NCBI GenBank assembly: GCA_951406725.2
Contig: OX597815.1
Coordinates: 211,730,001 to 211,794,000, forward strand
Reading direction: 5' to 3'
Source: Octopus vulgaris
Taxonomy: Eukaryota
DNA: 64,000 nucleotides
Both the position numbers and the translations under genes were made by a program. The notes under the pieces were generated by a model. That model was not told where the DNA came from, searched no databases, and saw only the letters and a program-made list of their open reading frames with translations. Position 1 is the stretch's first letter. Each line of letters starts with the position of its first letter. Positions 27,061 to 40,193 of the stretch are shown here, piece by piece.

Positions 27061-28099
27061 TTGCCTATGTGAATGCACGGGAGTCTACATGTAATTTTAA
27101 CCTCTGCTTCACTTGACTGTTCTTCTGAATATAAACGTAAAAAGAGCAGTGTTTAAGTTGAAACATTAGTCCACTTTGTCAGACGACTAAAACGTGTAAT
27201 AATTTTACAAAATGCTAGTGTTTATACTTTGGTTGCAGACATCTTATATATTTCTACGACGGTCTTGGGGGTGTTTGTTCGGGTTTATCTCGCTTTACAA
27301 ACCGCGTTGTTGACGAAACACCATATCTCACAGTGAATAAATATATTCAAGAAAGCTTGCCTGTAAATGACATATCATCTTCGTTTACAGCAGCCACCGT
27401 CACCCTAACCCCCACTACCGCCACCATTAGCATCAGCATCGCTATTTCCAACAACAACAAAACATTATTGTAAAAATAACAACACTGATGACATCAGAAG
27501 CAGAACTAATTCCATCGCCAGTACAGACATACTAATAGCGACTGTAACACGACTTGTAACAATTTGCTTCGCATTAAAATACCGTTTTCGCCATAAACGA
27601 TGACAGTAACATTGAAAATAAATAAGACAATTACGCTGCGAATGCCAATGTATTGTACCTACAACCATCATGAATACCATCACTTCCACCTCCATAACCA
27701 CTAACACAAACAACAAATGAGAAGGCCTCTGTGTGGTCGCTTAATGCTAGACATAGCAACTACATATCCTTCGGGGAAAGTTTAATGACTGTTGCTTCTG
27801 AGAGAACCCCATGAATGAGGTGCTTGAGAACTCTGCCCCTCACGACCCCATCCTAGGAATAATGGGTGGAGAAGATTGATGATGAATGAACGGTTCTCCT
27901 TCGAATTACACCCCGCATTAACACTATCTGAGGTATAAATTACCTTGAAGAAGCGAAACAAAATACGCCATGATCATGACTAAAACAGCCATTGATTATA
28001 GCTTTGCATGATCAGAGCAAGACTAGAGCCAGATAGTGACGACAACATGAGCCGCGATTTTGTTTGCAATAGCTGCCAATTTTTCCTCAAAATGTTATA

Positions 28100-28316
28100 T
28101 TGGTTTCAAATTTTAGCACAAGGCCGGTGATTTAGGGGAGAAGTGGTTAAGTCGATTACATCGACTGCAGTTCTCAGCTGGTACTTATTTTATCGACCCT
28201 GAAAAGATGAAAGACAAAGTCGACCTCGGCGGAATTTGTACTCAATGTAAAGACGAACGAAATGTCGGCAACCATTTCGTCCGGCGTGCTGACGACTCTG
28301 CCAGCTCGCCGCCTTA
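28100..28316 (-). mobile_element. SINE family 1 variant
   Basis: Ends GCCAGCTCGCCGCC; central GTCGACCTCGGCGGAATTTG. Confidence 0.85.
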
Positions 28317-28393
28317 AAAGCGGAATAATATATTTAATAATATAATCTTCGACACCCTAAATGATGAGATGGTCGTAGATGGAATACCTTTTC

Positions 28394-28439
<46 letters not shown>

Positions 28440-29007
28440 TACATACATACATACATACATACATACATACATACATACAGGCATGCATACATTGATCCTG
28501 TATTTTTCTGTTCAATTTTTTTATGGGGGTTAAGAGATAAAAACTACAACAATAAAAGTATGATTCCTGCCACTAACAGAAGAATTAGCTATAATTTCTG
28601 GGTTCAAATTCCGCCGAGGTCAACTTTTCCTTTCATTCTTTCGGGATCGATGTCATAAGTATCAGTTAATACTGGGGTCAATGTAATCGACTGGCTCTCT
28701 CTCCCCCAAAATTTCAGGCTTTTGGCCCACAGTAGGAAAGATGAACTGAAGAGTTAATATATCTTACTATCATAAGCATAGGGCAATGCCTTTAGGAAAT
28801 GGTGTGCACTAGTTCTTCATTTAATCTATACCCAGAATGGAATGATGAAAAGAAAAAAATTATCCCGGCTGAATTCGAACTCACGAGGTGAAAGAACTCA
28901 ACTAAATACCGCAAGGCATTTTTTCTGATGGTCTAACGATTGTGCCCAATCGTTATATGCTAGTTATAGCATTAATATAGCTACCCCCAAACCCTATCAC
29001 TACCATA

Positions 29008-29264
29008 AAATAATAAATGCGCCTTTTTAAAGCCTAGCCAGGCTCATGGGCCCGGTTTCGCGGTTTCAATGACGTATGTGTTCCCCAGCTGGACGGGACG
29101 CCAGTCCATTGCAGCGTTACTCATTTTTGCCAGCTGAATGGACTGGAGCAACGTGAAATGAAGTGTTTTGCTCAAGAACACAACTCATCGCCCGATCCAG
29201 GAATCGAAACCACAATATTACGATCATGATGCTGGCACCCTAACCACTAAGCCACGCGCCTCCA
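29008..29264 (-). mobile_element. SINE family 3
   Basis: 14-bp TSD CTATCACTACCATA (28994-29007, 29265-29278); homologous to 11901. Confidence 0.92.
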
Positions 29265-29747
29265 CTATCACTACCATACCAACAATAAAAAAAAAAAGCT
29301 TATAAAACTATCGACACCAATGTGAAGGGTTGTAAGAAGTTCCTTCTTTATGTGTAGTCGCCAGCTTTGATCTTTAAGTCAACATATTTATTACTACGGT
29401 CATCTCAATGTTACTCCTGTGTTTTCCGACCTGTCAATCATGGGATTTTTTTTCTTTTTATTCTTCTGTTGGCCCCTTAAATAAAATAAACCTGTAACTA
29501 GTAAATTCTTCAACACGTCAAATGTGTTTAAACTGTAAGTTTTAACACGAGCTGCTTCTCTTTCAGATATATAAATAATATTGCCCGTATTGAATTATAC
29601 AGAGGAGAAAAAAACGGCACGAAGTAAGCTTTAGCTAAAAAAAAATAAATAAATAAATAAACAGAAAGAAGGACGGTGCTTTTCCCCAGATTTGACCTTG
29701 AATCTTGGAGTTTCAATCAATCCTGAAAATAAGGATGTAATCGATTC

Positions 29748-30162
29748 TTTTACTCTTTCACTTGTTTCAGTCATTTGACTGCGGCCATGATGGACCACCG
29801 ACTTTAGTCGAGCAAATCGACCCCAAGGCTTATTCTTTGTAAGCCTAATACTTATTCTATCGGTCTATTTTGCCGAACCGCTAAGTGACGGGGAAGTAAA
29901 CGCACCAGCATCGGTTGTCAAGCGATGTGGGGGGGGGGGGGGTCAAACACAGACACACACACATATACACATATATACATACATATATACATATATACGA
30001 CGGGCTTCTTTCAGTTTCCGTCTACCAAATCCACTCACAATGCTTTGGTCGGCCCGAGGCTATAGTAGAAGACACTTGCCCAAAGTGCCACGCAGTGGGA
30101 CTGAACCCAGAACCATGTGGTTGGTAAGCAAGCTACTTACCACACAGCCACTCCTGCGCTTA
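29748..30162 (-). mobile_element. SINE family 2, full copy
   Basis: Homologous to 15958-16376. Confidence 0.92.
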
Positions 30163-31761
30163 TGATTAAATATCTTTAAATCGAGTCAGAAACTCAACGC
30201 AGAGATCACGATCCAATGCTTTGGCTCTTGCTATATTACGCTATTGTTGTTTATTTTTTAACTCGTGTGTTATGAAAGGTTAGATCCAAATTGACTAAAT
30301 TCTATATTCCAGTAGACCAATAAATCGCTCATCACTCAAAGCGACTGGTTTACTTGTTTACCACCAACAAATTGTATCGCTCTGTTTCTTAAACAAAATA
30401 CCGTCATCTTAAAGAATGTGTCAAATAAAACAATTTTATTTATATGGTTCGAGTTTCCACAGCTTTGCCTTTTTGCGTGCGTGTGTGCGTATCTGTGGAT
30501 GTGCGGTCTAGTCAAAAGTAAATGAAACTCCAGTGACACTTTTAGAACCTCCGACACCGATGGCGGGAAAGGGAATAAGAAAACACAGCTAACCACTACC
30601 AATACCATCACCACCAAATAACTATAACAACAATAATTGCAACAAACTGATGGGGGCCTCTCTGCTTGCTAGAAATAATTAGCGAATCCAATTGACTATA
30701 TTTGAATATATCCATCGTCTTAACAAAAGACTTGAAAAACGATTGTGATGTGAATGCATCTGATAACAGAACTATTCAATCAGAACAGGCTTAGAGCTGA
30801 ACAGCAACATTATTAGCAAGAATATCGGTTTCAAATTTTGGCACAAGGCCAGCAAGTTCATTGTAGGAAACTAAGTAGATTACATCGACCCCAGTGCTCA
30901 ACTGATACGAGCTAAAGTGGGCACCAGAGAGTGGCCCTTGGAACCATCAAGTGAGAGACGAGAAGTTGGATGAGGACCAATGATTCCTGTCCACCTGACC
31001 ATTACTGGCGAGGTGCGGCTTCCAGATTCCAAAGGTACCACTTCTATTCAGTAACCCTACATCCCACATATAAATGTGGTGGCGGGCGTCTTTGTTTACA
31101 TCCCTGTAACTTAGTTGCTCGACACAAGGTGATACTAGGATCGATTTATTCGACTAAACTTGACGAAGTGGTGCCCAAGCATAACATCTGTCCAATGACT
31201 GAAACAAGTAAAAGAATAAAAGAATTTGATAAATGTAGCGTCAGATTTCATCATTAAAATGTTGATCCAAGCTCAAATTAAGGAAGATACAGTTATTTAA
31301 CTGGGCGGTTTCTAATTTTGATAACGCTTATTTTCGCCGCGGAAGAAAATTTGATAAGTTGTTTATTTCTAAATAATATCAAGCGAGTTTAAATAATAAA
31401 ATTAAAATTTATGCTTCACTGCCATAACTAATGATAAGAGAATTATATTCCCTTTATCATCTCGCTTTATCATCTTGCTTAATACGGTAAATAAAGCATC
31501 AACGAAACTTAAAATAGATCAAAGAAAACATGTCTTTTATGACAAAAATTCTGTAGATAAAACCCTTTTCTTTTAGGTTGATTTTTGAAAAGATGTTAAA
31601 CTTTTTTACTAATTACAGAGTTCTCAATATCAAAAATGCAATTTCAAATTTTGTTCTTCGGTCTTTAATACGATACAAGTTACATCACAACCTTTTTGTT
31701 ACCATTCCATATTATTTTATTGTTTCTCGAAAACGTCGTTATAATATAAATTGTTAACGTA

Positions 31762-32455
31762 TAGGCGCAGGCGTGGTTGTGTAGTAAGAAGCTTGCTTCG
31801 CAACTACATGGTTCCGGGTTCAGCCCCACTACGTGGCACCTTGAGCAAGTGTATTCTACTATAGCCACGGGCCGATCAAAGCCTTGTGATTGGATTTAGT
31901 AGGCGGAAACCGAAAAGAGGCCCGTCTGTGTTTATCACCCGCCGCCGCTTCACAACTGGTGCTGGTGTGTTCCAGTTCCGGTAATCTAGCGGTTTGGCAA
32001 AACGCGACCGATACATTAAATTTTTTATTTATGCGCCCTTTTCAAGTCAAGCCTGGATCATGAGCCCGGTTTCCCGGTGTCTATGGCGTATGTGTTCCCC
32101 CCCAGCTGGAGGGACGCCAGTCCATCGCAGCGTTACTCAAGAAACAGGAAGAAAGAGTGAGAGAAAGTTGGGACGAAAGAGTACAACAGGGGTCGCCACC
32201 ACCCACTGCCGGGTCACCATGGAGCTTTATGTGTTTTCGCTCAATAAACACACACACAACGCCCGGTTTGGGAATCGAAACCGCGATCCTCCGACCGCGA
32301 GTCCGCTGCCCTAACCACTGGGCCATTGCGCCTCCGATACATTAAGTACCTGACAAAAAAAAAAGATAGAATAAGTACTAGGGCCGATTCATTCGACCAA
32401 AAGCTATTCAAGGCGATGCACCAGCATGGCCGCAGTCTAATGGCTGAAACAAAGA
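31762..32455 (+). mobile_element. SINE family 2 copy interrupted by a SINE family 3 variant
   Basis: Family 2 head at 31762-32019 and tail at 32336-32455. Confidence 0.85.
32020..32335 (-). mobile_element. SINE family 3 variant, nested
   Basis: TSD (CC)GATACATTAA at 32008-32019 and 32334-32345; head GGAGGCGCAATGGCCCAGTGG; middle differs from other family 3 copies. Confidence 0.88.
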
Positions 32456-32804
32456 TTTAAAAAAAAAAAAGAAAATACGTTCAACAGAACTCTCTTCGTT
32501 CAGCTCTTTTTGATAACCTCTCATTTTGTGCACCCATTATTTTATGCATTCATTAATTTGTGCACCATTTATTTTCTCAATTTCGCCCTATTATCCTATT
32601 AACTATAATTTGTATTTCAAATAGCATGTCACGTTACAAGAAAAGCAGAATCCATTCACCAAATGCTTTTGCACTTAAGTATTTGCGCATTAATTTAAAC
32701 TGTACACATGTGTTTCAATATACACACGTACGTACGCACACGCACGCACGCACACGCACGCACGTACACTCACATGTATGTATATTATGTATGTATATTA
32801 CGTA

Positions 32805-33034
32805 AGGCGGCGAGCTGGTAGAAACGTTAGCACGCCGGGCGAAATTCGTAGCCGTATTTCGTCTGTCGTTACGTTCCGAGTTCAAATTCCGCAGAGGTCG
32901 ACTTTGCCTTTCATCCTTTCGGGGTCGATAAATTAAGTACCAGTTACGCACTGGGGTCGATGTAATCGACTTAATCCGTTTGTCTGTCCTTGATTGTCCC
33001 CTCTATGTTTAGCCCCTTGTGGGTAGTAAAGAAA
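32805..33034 (+). mobile_element. SINE family 1, full copy
   Basis: Homologous to 6453. Confidence 0.92.
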
Positions 33035-33619
33035 TGTATGTATGTATGTATGTATGTATGTACGTACTTACATGCTTTGCGATTATCTCTGAACTGTAGT
33101 GACGCTGCTGTAGGAGCAACGTCACCACATGCGGCATGATGTGCCTTGGGCCGTCTTGAACATGGTGGAGCACATCCCTCACCAGATCAGTATGCAACCG
33201 GTTTCTTCAAGAAAAAAAGGAAGGAAAGAAGAAAAATAGGAAAGAAAGAAATAAAAGAAGGAGAGAAAGAAGTTGGCATTGCAGAATCAGTACTTTATCA
33301 GTCCCAAAAGAATGTAATGCAACGTTGACCTCAGCAGGATTTCGTAACAAGACGAAACGATTACCGAAAAGCTCAGTTCAACGTTCTAACAATTCTGCAA
33401 ATTGGCCGCTTTAGGTCTATGTATACATACATGCGTGTGTGCGCGCACGTATGTCTATGTCTGTGTGTATGTATGTATGCATGCATGTATGTATACCTGT
33501 ATGCTTGTATGTATTCATATATATATGTGTTCTTTTTTTAAAACTAGACTTCACATACCCACAATTGCTCACATACCCACATAAGCCATCAATTCTACGG
33601 GTGCAAAATGTTATTTATG

Positions 33620-33772
33620 CAGCGTACAGGAAAATACATAAGTTCAAACTCGGACTGCGAAGAAATAGGCATTGGATTGTCATATCGCTCGATCCTTCAT
33701 GTTGAAGTACTGAGGTTTGATAGTCGTTCTTTTTTTGGTCTGATGAGCCATCTCAGAACACATGGACATGAC
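33620..33772 (+). mobile_element. RTE-like LINE extreme 3' remnant
   Basis: SFFGLMSHLRTHGH resembles the RTE C-terminal GL.SHLRTH zinc-finger end. Confidence 0.5.
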
Positions 33773-34039
33773 AGTGAACAGTTTCACGGAACATTCAATA
33801 ATCGTTTCAAATTTTGACAAATCATAAGGAAGTTCAAAATATTTGTCTCACCTCATAAATATCCATTATAGCTCGTTGCTTTAGTAGCATGCGCCAAAGG
33901 GACTACTCAGTCAGTAACTTAGGTTTGCTTTTGCATTGTATAGTGTTTATTTGTGCTACATTGGACTACATATGTCTAGTAATTTGGCAAATTCTTAAGT
34001 ACCTTCGGGAGAAGCTGGGGAGAAAGAATTTAAAAAAGA

Positions 34040-34512
34040 TATGTTATTGATAACACATAGAAAAAGGTGCTTCTTTTCCGCTCATCAAAGAGAAAGGAGC
34101 TTTGGTCCGGAAAAACCGATGTTATCAGACGGTATCCAACGATCATCGGATGTTTCGACCCTGAACCATAAAGCCCTCCCGTTTTGTGTGTCAGCAGAAG
34201 TGGACAAATCACTGCCCATCATCTCGTCCAGGTCTTCAGCTTAACTCCTCTCTTTCGCTCCATAACCAGCAGGAGGCTGACTCTCACATCCTGAGCACAG
34301 CCACCCTTCGCACTTTATCTCTCATTCCAATGGCTATAAGCATCCTCCACACCGACTGGGTAGAGAATCCCTTACAGCTAACCTCGAAAAGCCATAAATG
34401 CTATCTCCTCTCCAGACAATTCTGCAGAAGGCTCTCGTACTGTGCACGTTTCCAGTCAAAGACCTGATCGCTCCCTTCCCACGGGGCCCTAAGCTCGATG
34501 AAAATTAAGCTT
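34040..34512 (-). mobile_element. HERO/NeSL-like non-LTR element 3' remnant (restriction-like endonuclease domain and 3' UTR)
   Basis: LIFIELRAPWEGSDQVFDWKRAQYESLLQNC...FEVSCKGFSTQS...ASCWLW matches the IELTVPWE..K..KY..L / EVGCRGF / SRWLW pattern. Confidence 0.72.
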
Positions 34513-34651
34513 GAAAAGAGAAGAAAAAATACGATGAAATAAAAAAAGAGAATGAAATCCAGGCGAAGAAGCCTTGTGGAGTTAGTCCCCAAGCTCACCG
34601 TTGATTTATGGGTTTTGTAATTGTATCCCTGAGTATCTATAACTAAGTATA

Positions 34652-34831
34652 CGACGAGGTGCTGAAAAGTTCCTGGCGTTAAGGGTTCTTTTACAGGGCC
34701 TAGGAAAACTGAAGGACCGCTGCAATAAGTGTGTGAATCTGAGAGGTGAATATGTTGTATAAAACCATAAGCAACTAATCCTCCTGTATTTTCTTTTATC
34801 CAAAGCTAACTTTTCAGCACCCACTCCCCCG
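34652..34831 (+). mobile_element. Mariner-derived MITE
   Basis: TIR core GGTGCTGAAAAGTT / AACTTTTCAGCACC, TA flanks, internal [15 protein letters not shown] (mariner C-terminus). Confidence 0.8.
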
Positions 34832-34930
34832 TAGATGCAAGTATACAGATAGATAGATAGATAGATAGATAGATAGTTAGATAGACAGACAGATGGACGG
34901 ACAGACAGGTAAACAGGCAGACAGACAGGG

Positions 34931-35007
<77 letters not shown>

Positions 35008-35010
<3 letters not shown>

Positions 35011-35150
35011 TTCTTTACTACCCACAAGGGGCTAAACACAGAGGGGACAAACAAGGACAGACAAACGGATTAAGTCGATTACATCGACTCCAGTGCGTAA
35101 CTGGTACTTAATTTATCGACCCCGAAAGGATGAAAGGCAAAGTCGACCTC
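35008..35150 (-). mobile_element. SINE family 1, 5'-truncated, within (GATA)n
   Basis: 3' half of family 1 flanked by GATA/GACA repeats. Confidence 0.88.
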
Positions 35151-35151
35151 G

Positions 35152-35256
<105 letters not shown>

Positions 35257-35263
35257 TCATATA

Positions 35264-35383
35264 CGAGGGGTGTAATGAAAAGTTTTGAGCCTTCAAGGCC
35301 TTTAAGCCTCGAAGTCTTGTATCTTCATCAGAAGTCTTGCACCATGTTTTTTTTGAGGCTCAAGACTTTTCATACACACCTCG
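35264..35383. mobile_element. Small mariner-type MITE
   Basis: TA-CGAGGGGTGTAATGAAAAGTTTTGAGCCT ... AGGCTCAAGACTTTTCATACACACCTCG-TA. Confidence 0.75.
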
Positions 35384-35407
35384 TATATACCCACATGCAT
35401 ATAGTTG

Positions 35408-35446
<39 letters not shown>

Positions 35447-35824
35447 GTGCGCGTGTGCAAATAACTTTTGTTTACGTCTGTATATGTTCGGGAGTCGTAC
35501 ATACATTTGCTTCGCTTTATATTAAGAAAATAAAAAGCATGGAAGCTGATACAGAAATGACGCTAATTATTTTCATTTTGAAATTGAATGTGACACTATT
35601 TTCTAAATATCTTACAGTTTGGTGCTATAATAATTACCTTTCGTCTAATGTAGCAATCTAAAAGAATCGCAGTAAAATGGGAATAAATTATTGCGTTTAT
35701 TTCATTATCGAAAAGTTAATTGAGATTACCGACCAAAATGATCGCCAATCATATGTATTTTAGTATTTTTTTGTTGACCCTTTGTTATCAAGTGCAATAT
35801 GCAATGTGACCTACGTTACAGGTT

Positions 35825-36070
35825 AATGTTGTTTAGCCCCGAGGAGGGCTCTGTTTGTGCAGACCTATAACTAGATTGTACTAGTTGTCACCATCCATGC
35901 TTTTGACACGTTTCACCTTTTTCTTAATTTTTTTGGCCAGGGGCGGCGGTTTCAATTTTATTCAGATGTGTATTTAGATTAAATTATCTATCATGTCCTT
36001 TGCTTTTTAGTGCGACAGGGTCTATTTAGAGTATGATTTGTTGATTATTTCCAGTAGATCCAGCAGTTAC
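35825..36070 (+). repeat. Old dispersed repeat family (representative copy)
   Basis: Degenerate GTTGTTTAGCCCC...GACCTATGATCAAAGG...ATTTGG(C)TGCTATTTCTAGCAG blocks recur at ~10435, 25520, 27720(-), 30650(-), 37420, 40240(-), 53200 and 54950. Confidence 0.55.
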
Positions 36071-36188
36071 GCACAGCCACCTTTGCTGCTTCTTATCAAA
36101 TAATTACTTCTCATACACACACACACACACACGCACACACGCCTATATATATATGTATATACATGCATAAATATGTACCCACACACAT

Positions 36189-36231
<43 letters not shown>

Positions 36232-36285
36232 CATAATATATATGTACATATATATATATGTACATAAATGTATTTACGTAAATAT

Positions 36286-36498
36286 TGGTTTCAAATTTTG
36301 GCACAAGGCCAGCAATTTCTGGCGAGTGAGTCGATTAAATTGATCCCGGTGCTCAACTGGTACTTATTTTATCGACTTCGAGTGGATGAAAGGCAAAGTC
36401 GGCTTCAGTGGAATTTGAATTCAGTACGTAAAGATGGACGGAATGCCACTAAGCATTATTTTCCCGGAAGGTTAACGATTCTGACAGCTCGCCGCCTT
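36286..36498 (-). mobile_element. SINE family 1 variant
   Basis: Homologous to 28100. Confidence 0.8.
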
Positions 36499-36646
36499 AT
36501 GTATGTAAATATTAACAAAGAGAATGGAGTGAGAAACACGTTTTGTTGCATAATACTACAAGTGTTTCAACGACATACATATTTAGTTTACAGAAGGATA
36601 CATTTCTAAGTAAATAATGTAACAGACTGGATCGATTATCGATATA

Positions 36647-37057
36647 CTTTACTCTTTTACTTGTTTCAGTCATTTGACTGCGGCCATGCTGGAGCACCGC
36701 CTTTTTTTAATCGAGCAAGTCGACCCCGGGACTTATTCTTTTGTAAGCCCAGTACTTATTCTATCGGTCTCTTTGGCCGAACCGCTAAGTAACGGGGACA
36801 TAAACACACTAGCATCGGTTGTCAAGCAATGCTAGGGGGACAAACACAGACACACAAATACACCCACGCATATATATATATATACATATATACGACGGGC
36901 TTCTTTCAGTTTCCGTCTACCAAATCCACTCACAAGGCTTTGGTCGGCCCGAGGCTATAGTAGAAGACACTTGCCCAAGGTGCCACGCAGTGGGACTGAA
37001 CCCGGAACCATGTGGTTGGTAAACAAGCTACTTACCACACAGCCACTCCTGCGCCTA
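36647..37057 (-). mobile_element. SINE family 2, full copy
   Basis: Homologous to 15958. Confidence 0.92.
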
Positions 37058-37686
37058 TATATCATTGGTATTATTTTTTATCTTCATTCTCCACGGAAAA
37101 TATGAGAATTCATATTCATCCTCAATGGGACTGAAATCAGAATATAAAGGGACGTAATCCAATAGTGAACGGTACTTAGTTCGTTGCTCCCTTGTTTCTG
37201 CCATACACCGCTTTCTTAGAACTTGTAATAATGACTCACTAACATTGATTCAACCCATTATAAGCTTATCCGGCAAAATTTAACTTTGTGTCTCAGCGAG
37301 AAAAGGTAAAATTACAATGTGAGCAGGTAATGGTGATGTGTGTGTCCGTATTTTCTTGATCTGAACATATCAGTTTCTGTAATTTTATTTCTAAAGGTTT
37401 ATTTCATATATTTCTAGGGGTGTAGTTGGGATTTGAAGGGGATTTAGCTCTCATTTCTAGTAGATAGAGCGATTACCTAGCCTAGTTTGTTGCTTAACCC
37501 CCAGTTAGCCTTCATGGAACATAACTATTTATGATCAAAGGTATTCCCGCTACGCTGATACTGTCTTGTTCGTATATCTAGGCCTTTATTATTAATGTAT
37601 ACCCGTTTTTTTTTAAGAAGTAGTGTGTGATTTGAGAAAGATTTGGTAGCTGTTTCTGGCAGATTGAGTGACCACATGCAAATACC

Positions 37687-37918
37687 TATTTCTTTACTAC
37701 CCACAAGGGGCTAAACACTGAGGGGACAAACAAGGAAAGACAAGCGGATTAAATCGATTATATCGACCCCAGTGCTTAACTGGTACTTAATTTATCGACC
37801 CCGAAAGGATGAAAGGCAAAGACGACCTCGGCGGAATTTGAACTCAGAACGTAACGGCAGACGAAATACGGCTACGCATTTCGCCCGGCGTGCTAACGTT
37901 TCTGCCAGCTCGCCGCCT
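37687..37918 (-). mobile_element. SINE family 1, full copy
   Basis: TSD CACATGCAAATACC on both sides. Confidence 0.92.
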
Positions 37919-39175
37919 TTACACATGCAAATACCGTGGTTCGCAGGGATGTAAACTGACAAATTTTAAGGAGCAGTAAGACAAGAACGTATATTCTCGA
38001 ATGAGAATAAAAACAAGGAAGAATTTCTGACCTTGCTTAACTATATTATGTGGGTGTAATATTTTTAGCGTAACCTGTACCAGATGGTGATTGAGAAGGA
38101 GAAGTTAAGGAAGTCTAGCAGAGGTTATTGCATATGAGCATGTCAAAGCAATCGGGGTAACGCAGCGTATGAAAGGCTGATGACTCTTACTGTGAATGAA
38201 TGTAGAAAAAAGAGAAAAATATTTCTTTAAATTGCAACAAAGCAAGCCATTTTATCAATTGATGGATAATTCGTATGAAAATATATTCAAGAAAAGTTAA
38301 AGAGTACTTTTTGTATGACACTGTTAATATTTATTTTGACGTCTAGAGAACTGCAGAAGAGCCGTCCTGAAAGTTACACTTAAAAGAAGGGTCGACCTGA
38401 CCTCTTGTACTTAATTTTCTTGCTAATGACTTCAAGCTAAGTGAAGCTACTCGCATTTACTAAAAGCAAGATAATTTTTTTTGAGACTAGAGTAAATATA
38501 AGATGGGGGTATAAAGTAGTAAACAGCCATACTAGTCCCAGCAGAAAGGAAATAGGTGCCTTGAATTCACAATTTTGTTTGTGAAAGAATATTTTCATTT
38601 CTCAGCAATTTTATTATTACAAGCGTGGGTGTATTTTGACACAGTATTTTAGCATCTGTTCGAGGAGATTCCAAGTGAGACATACTCCAAGAATTATGAC
38701 GAAAATATATAAGATCGGGGTGGTGTTTGTAATGTGATGTTAAAACTTGAACCCCCAACTGATAAGAGGGTACTTGGGAATCCACAAAATGAAATTTTCT
38801 TAAAGCTTTTATTTCTTTCATTTTTTTCTAGTTTTATTTATTCTTTCGCTGTTGTTTTTACATATAATCTCATAAAGAGGCTTTCTAGTTTGCAAAATAG
38901 AATTTTGAATAACTTCAAATTGGATTGTTATTTTAAAATAACGACAATAAAACAGAGAGTGAGCTGACGCCGAAGTAAATATGTATCATGCGAATATTTT
39001 TGCTAACTTCTCAAGACGTCGAGCTGGGAGAGTCGTTGGCACGCTGGACGAAATTGTTTAGCAATCCGTCCTTCTTTACATTTTGATTTCAAATACCGTC
39101 GAGGTGGACTTTACTTTCATCCTTTACAATCGATATTATTGTATCTGGGGAGAGTAATTCCTTTTTACTTATTCA

Positions 39176-39212
39176 TTTTCAATAGTCTTGCAGGCTGCAA
39201 GACTATTGAAAA
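39176..39212. repeat. Perfect 37-bp palindrome
   Basis: TTTTCAATAGTCTTGCAG-G-CTGCAAGACTATTGAAAA. Confidence 0.95.
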
Positions 39213-39435
39213 GGTTGCAAGACGCAACGAAAGTTTTAGAAAATATAAATAAGTAAATGAGTGGAAATCGAACCGGTGAGTGTGTTAAATAATAAGGCAC
39301 TAAAAGAGAATGACTTCACTCAGACAATAAAATATGCTTCAACACACGAATTCACATAAAGAATCTTGCAGACCAAATAAAAAAGATACATATATATATA
39401 TATAGAGAGAGACAGACAGAAAAAAAGACAGAAAA

Positions 39436-39475
<40 letters not shown>

Positions 39476-39569
39476 GTAGGTAGGTAGGTAGGTAGGTAGG
39501 TAGAAAGACGCACATATATGTATATATTTATAAAGTTTGACCAAAGTTTTTAAGACCAGATTGAATGTA

Positions 39570-40005
39570 TCAGGTCATCCCATAAGTTCTGTCCGATTTT
39601 ACCTTTTTTTAAATTGAATTAAATTTAATAGTATTTTAGAATGTCTTATGGAATTAAAAATTGTTTTTATGCACTTGTGTACATTTAAACTAATTAAATA
39701 TTATCTTACAGAATAATAGAATTAAAATTTCTTTGATTAAAACCCCTTCTAACATGGAAACATTCAAAGAGTATTTGAGGCACATAATGCTTTATGAGTA
39801 CAAAAAAGGAAACTCTGCAGCCGAAGCGATTCGAGACATACACTCAGTTTATGGGAAAGAATGTTTGAATGAAAGAACTTGCAGAAGATGGGCTGCAAAA
39901 TTCAGCCTTGAAGATGAAGATCGAACAGGACGTCCAGTTGAGTTTGGTGATAAGCTTCTTGAGGCATTACTTGAAGAAAATCCTGCATTACCAGTTGAAG
40001 GATTG
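39570..40005 (+). mobile_element. Mariner transposon 5' fragment
   Basis: TA-TCAGGTCATCCCATAAGTTC TIR; METFKEYLRHIMLYEYKKGNSAAEA...RTCRRW...SLEDEDRTGRP (mariner HTH). Confidence 0.88.
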
Positions 40006-40006
40006 G

Positions 40007-40035
<29 letters not shown>

Positions 40036-40038
<3 letters not shown>

Positions 40039-40193
40039 CGACAGTCTTCCTTCGGTTTCCGTCTACCAAATCCAATCACAAGACTTTGGCCCGAGGCTAT
40101 AGTAGAAGACACTTGCCCAAGGTGCCACGCAGTGGAACGGTACCGGAAACCATGTGGTTGAAAAGCAAACTTCTTACCACACAGCCACGCCTG
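40036..40193 (-). mobile_element. SINE family 2, 5' part
   Basis: Homology to the full copies. Confidence 0.82.

Noticed and set aside
21228-27116. Many Tyr/Ile-rich ORFs
   Set aside because: (TA)n/(CATA)n artefacts
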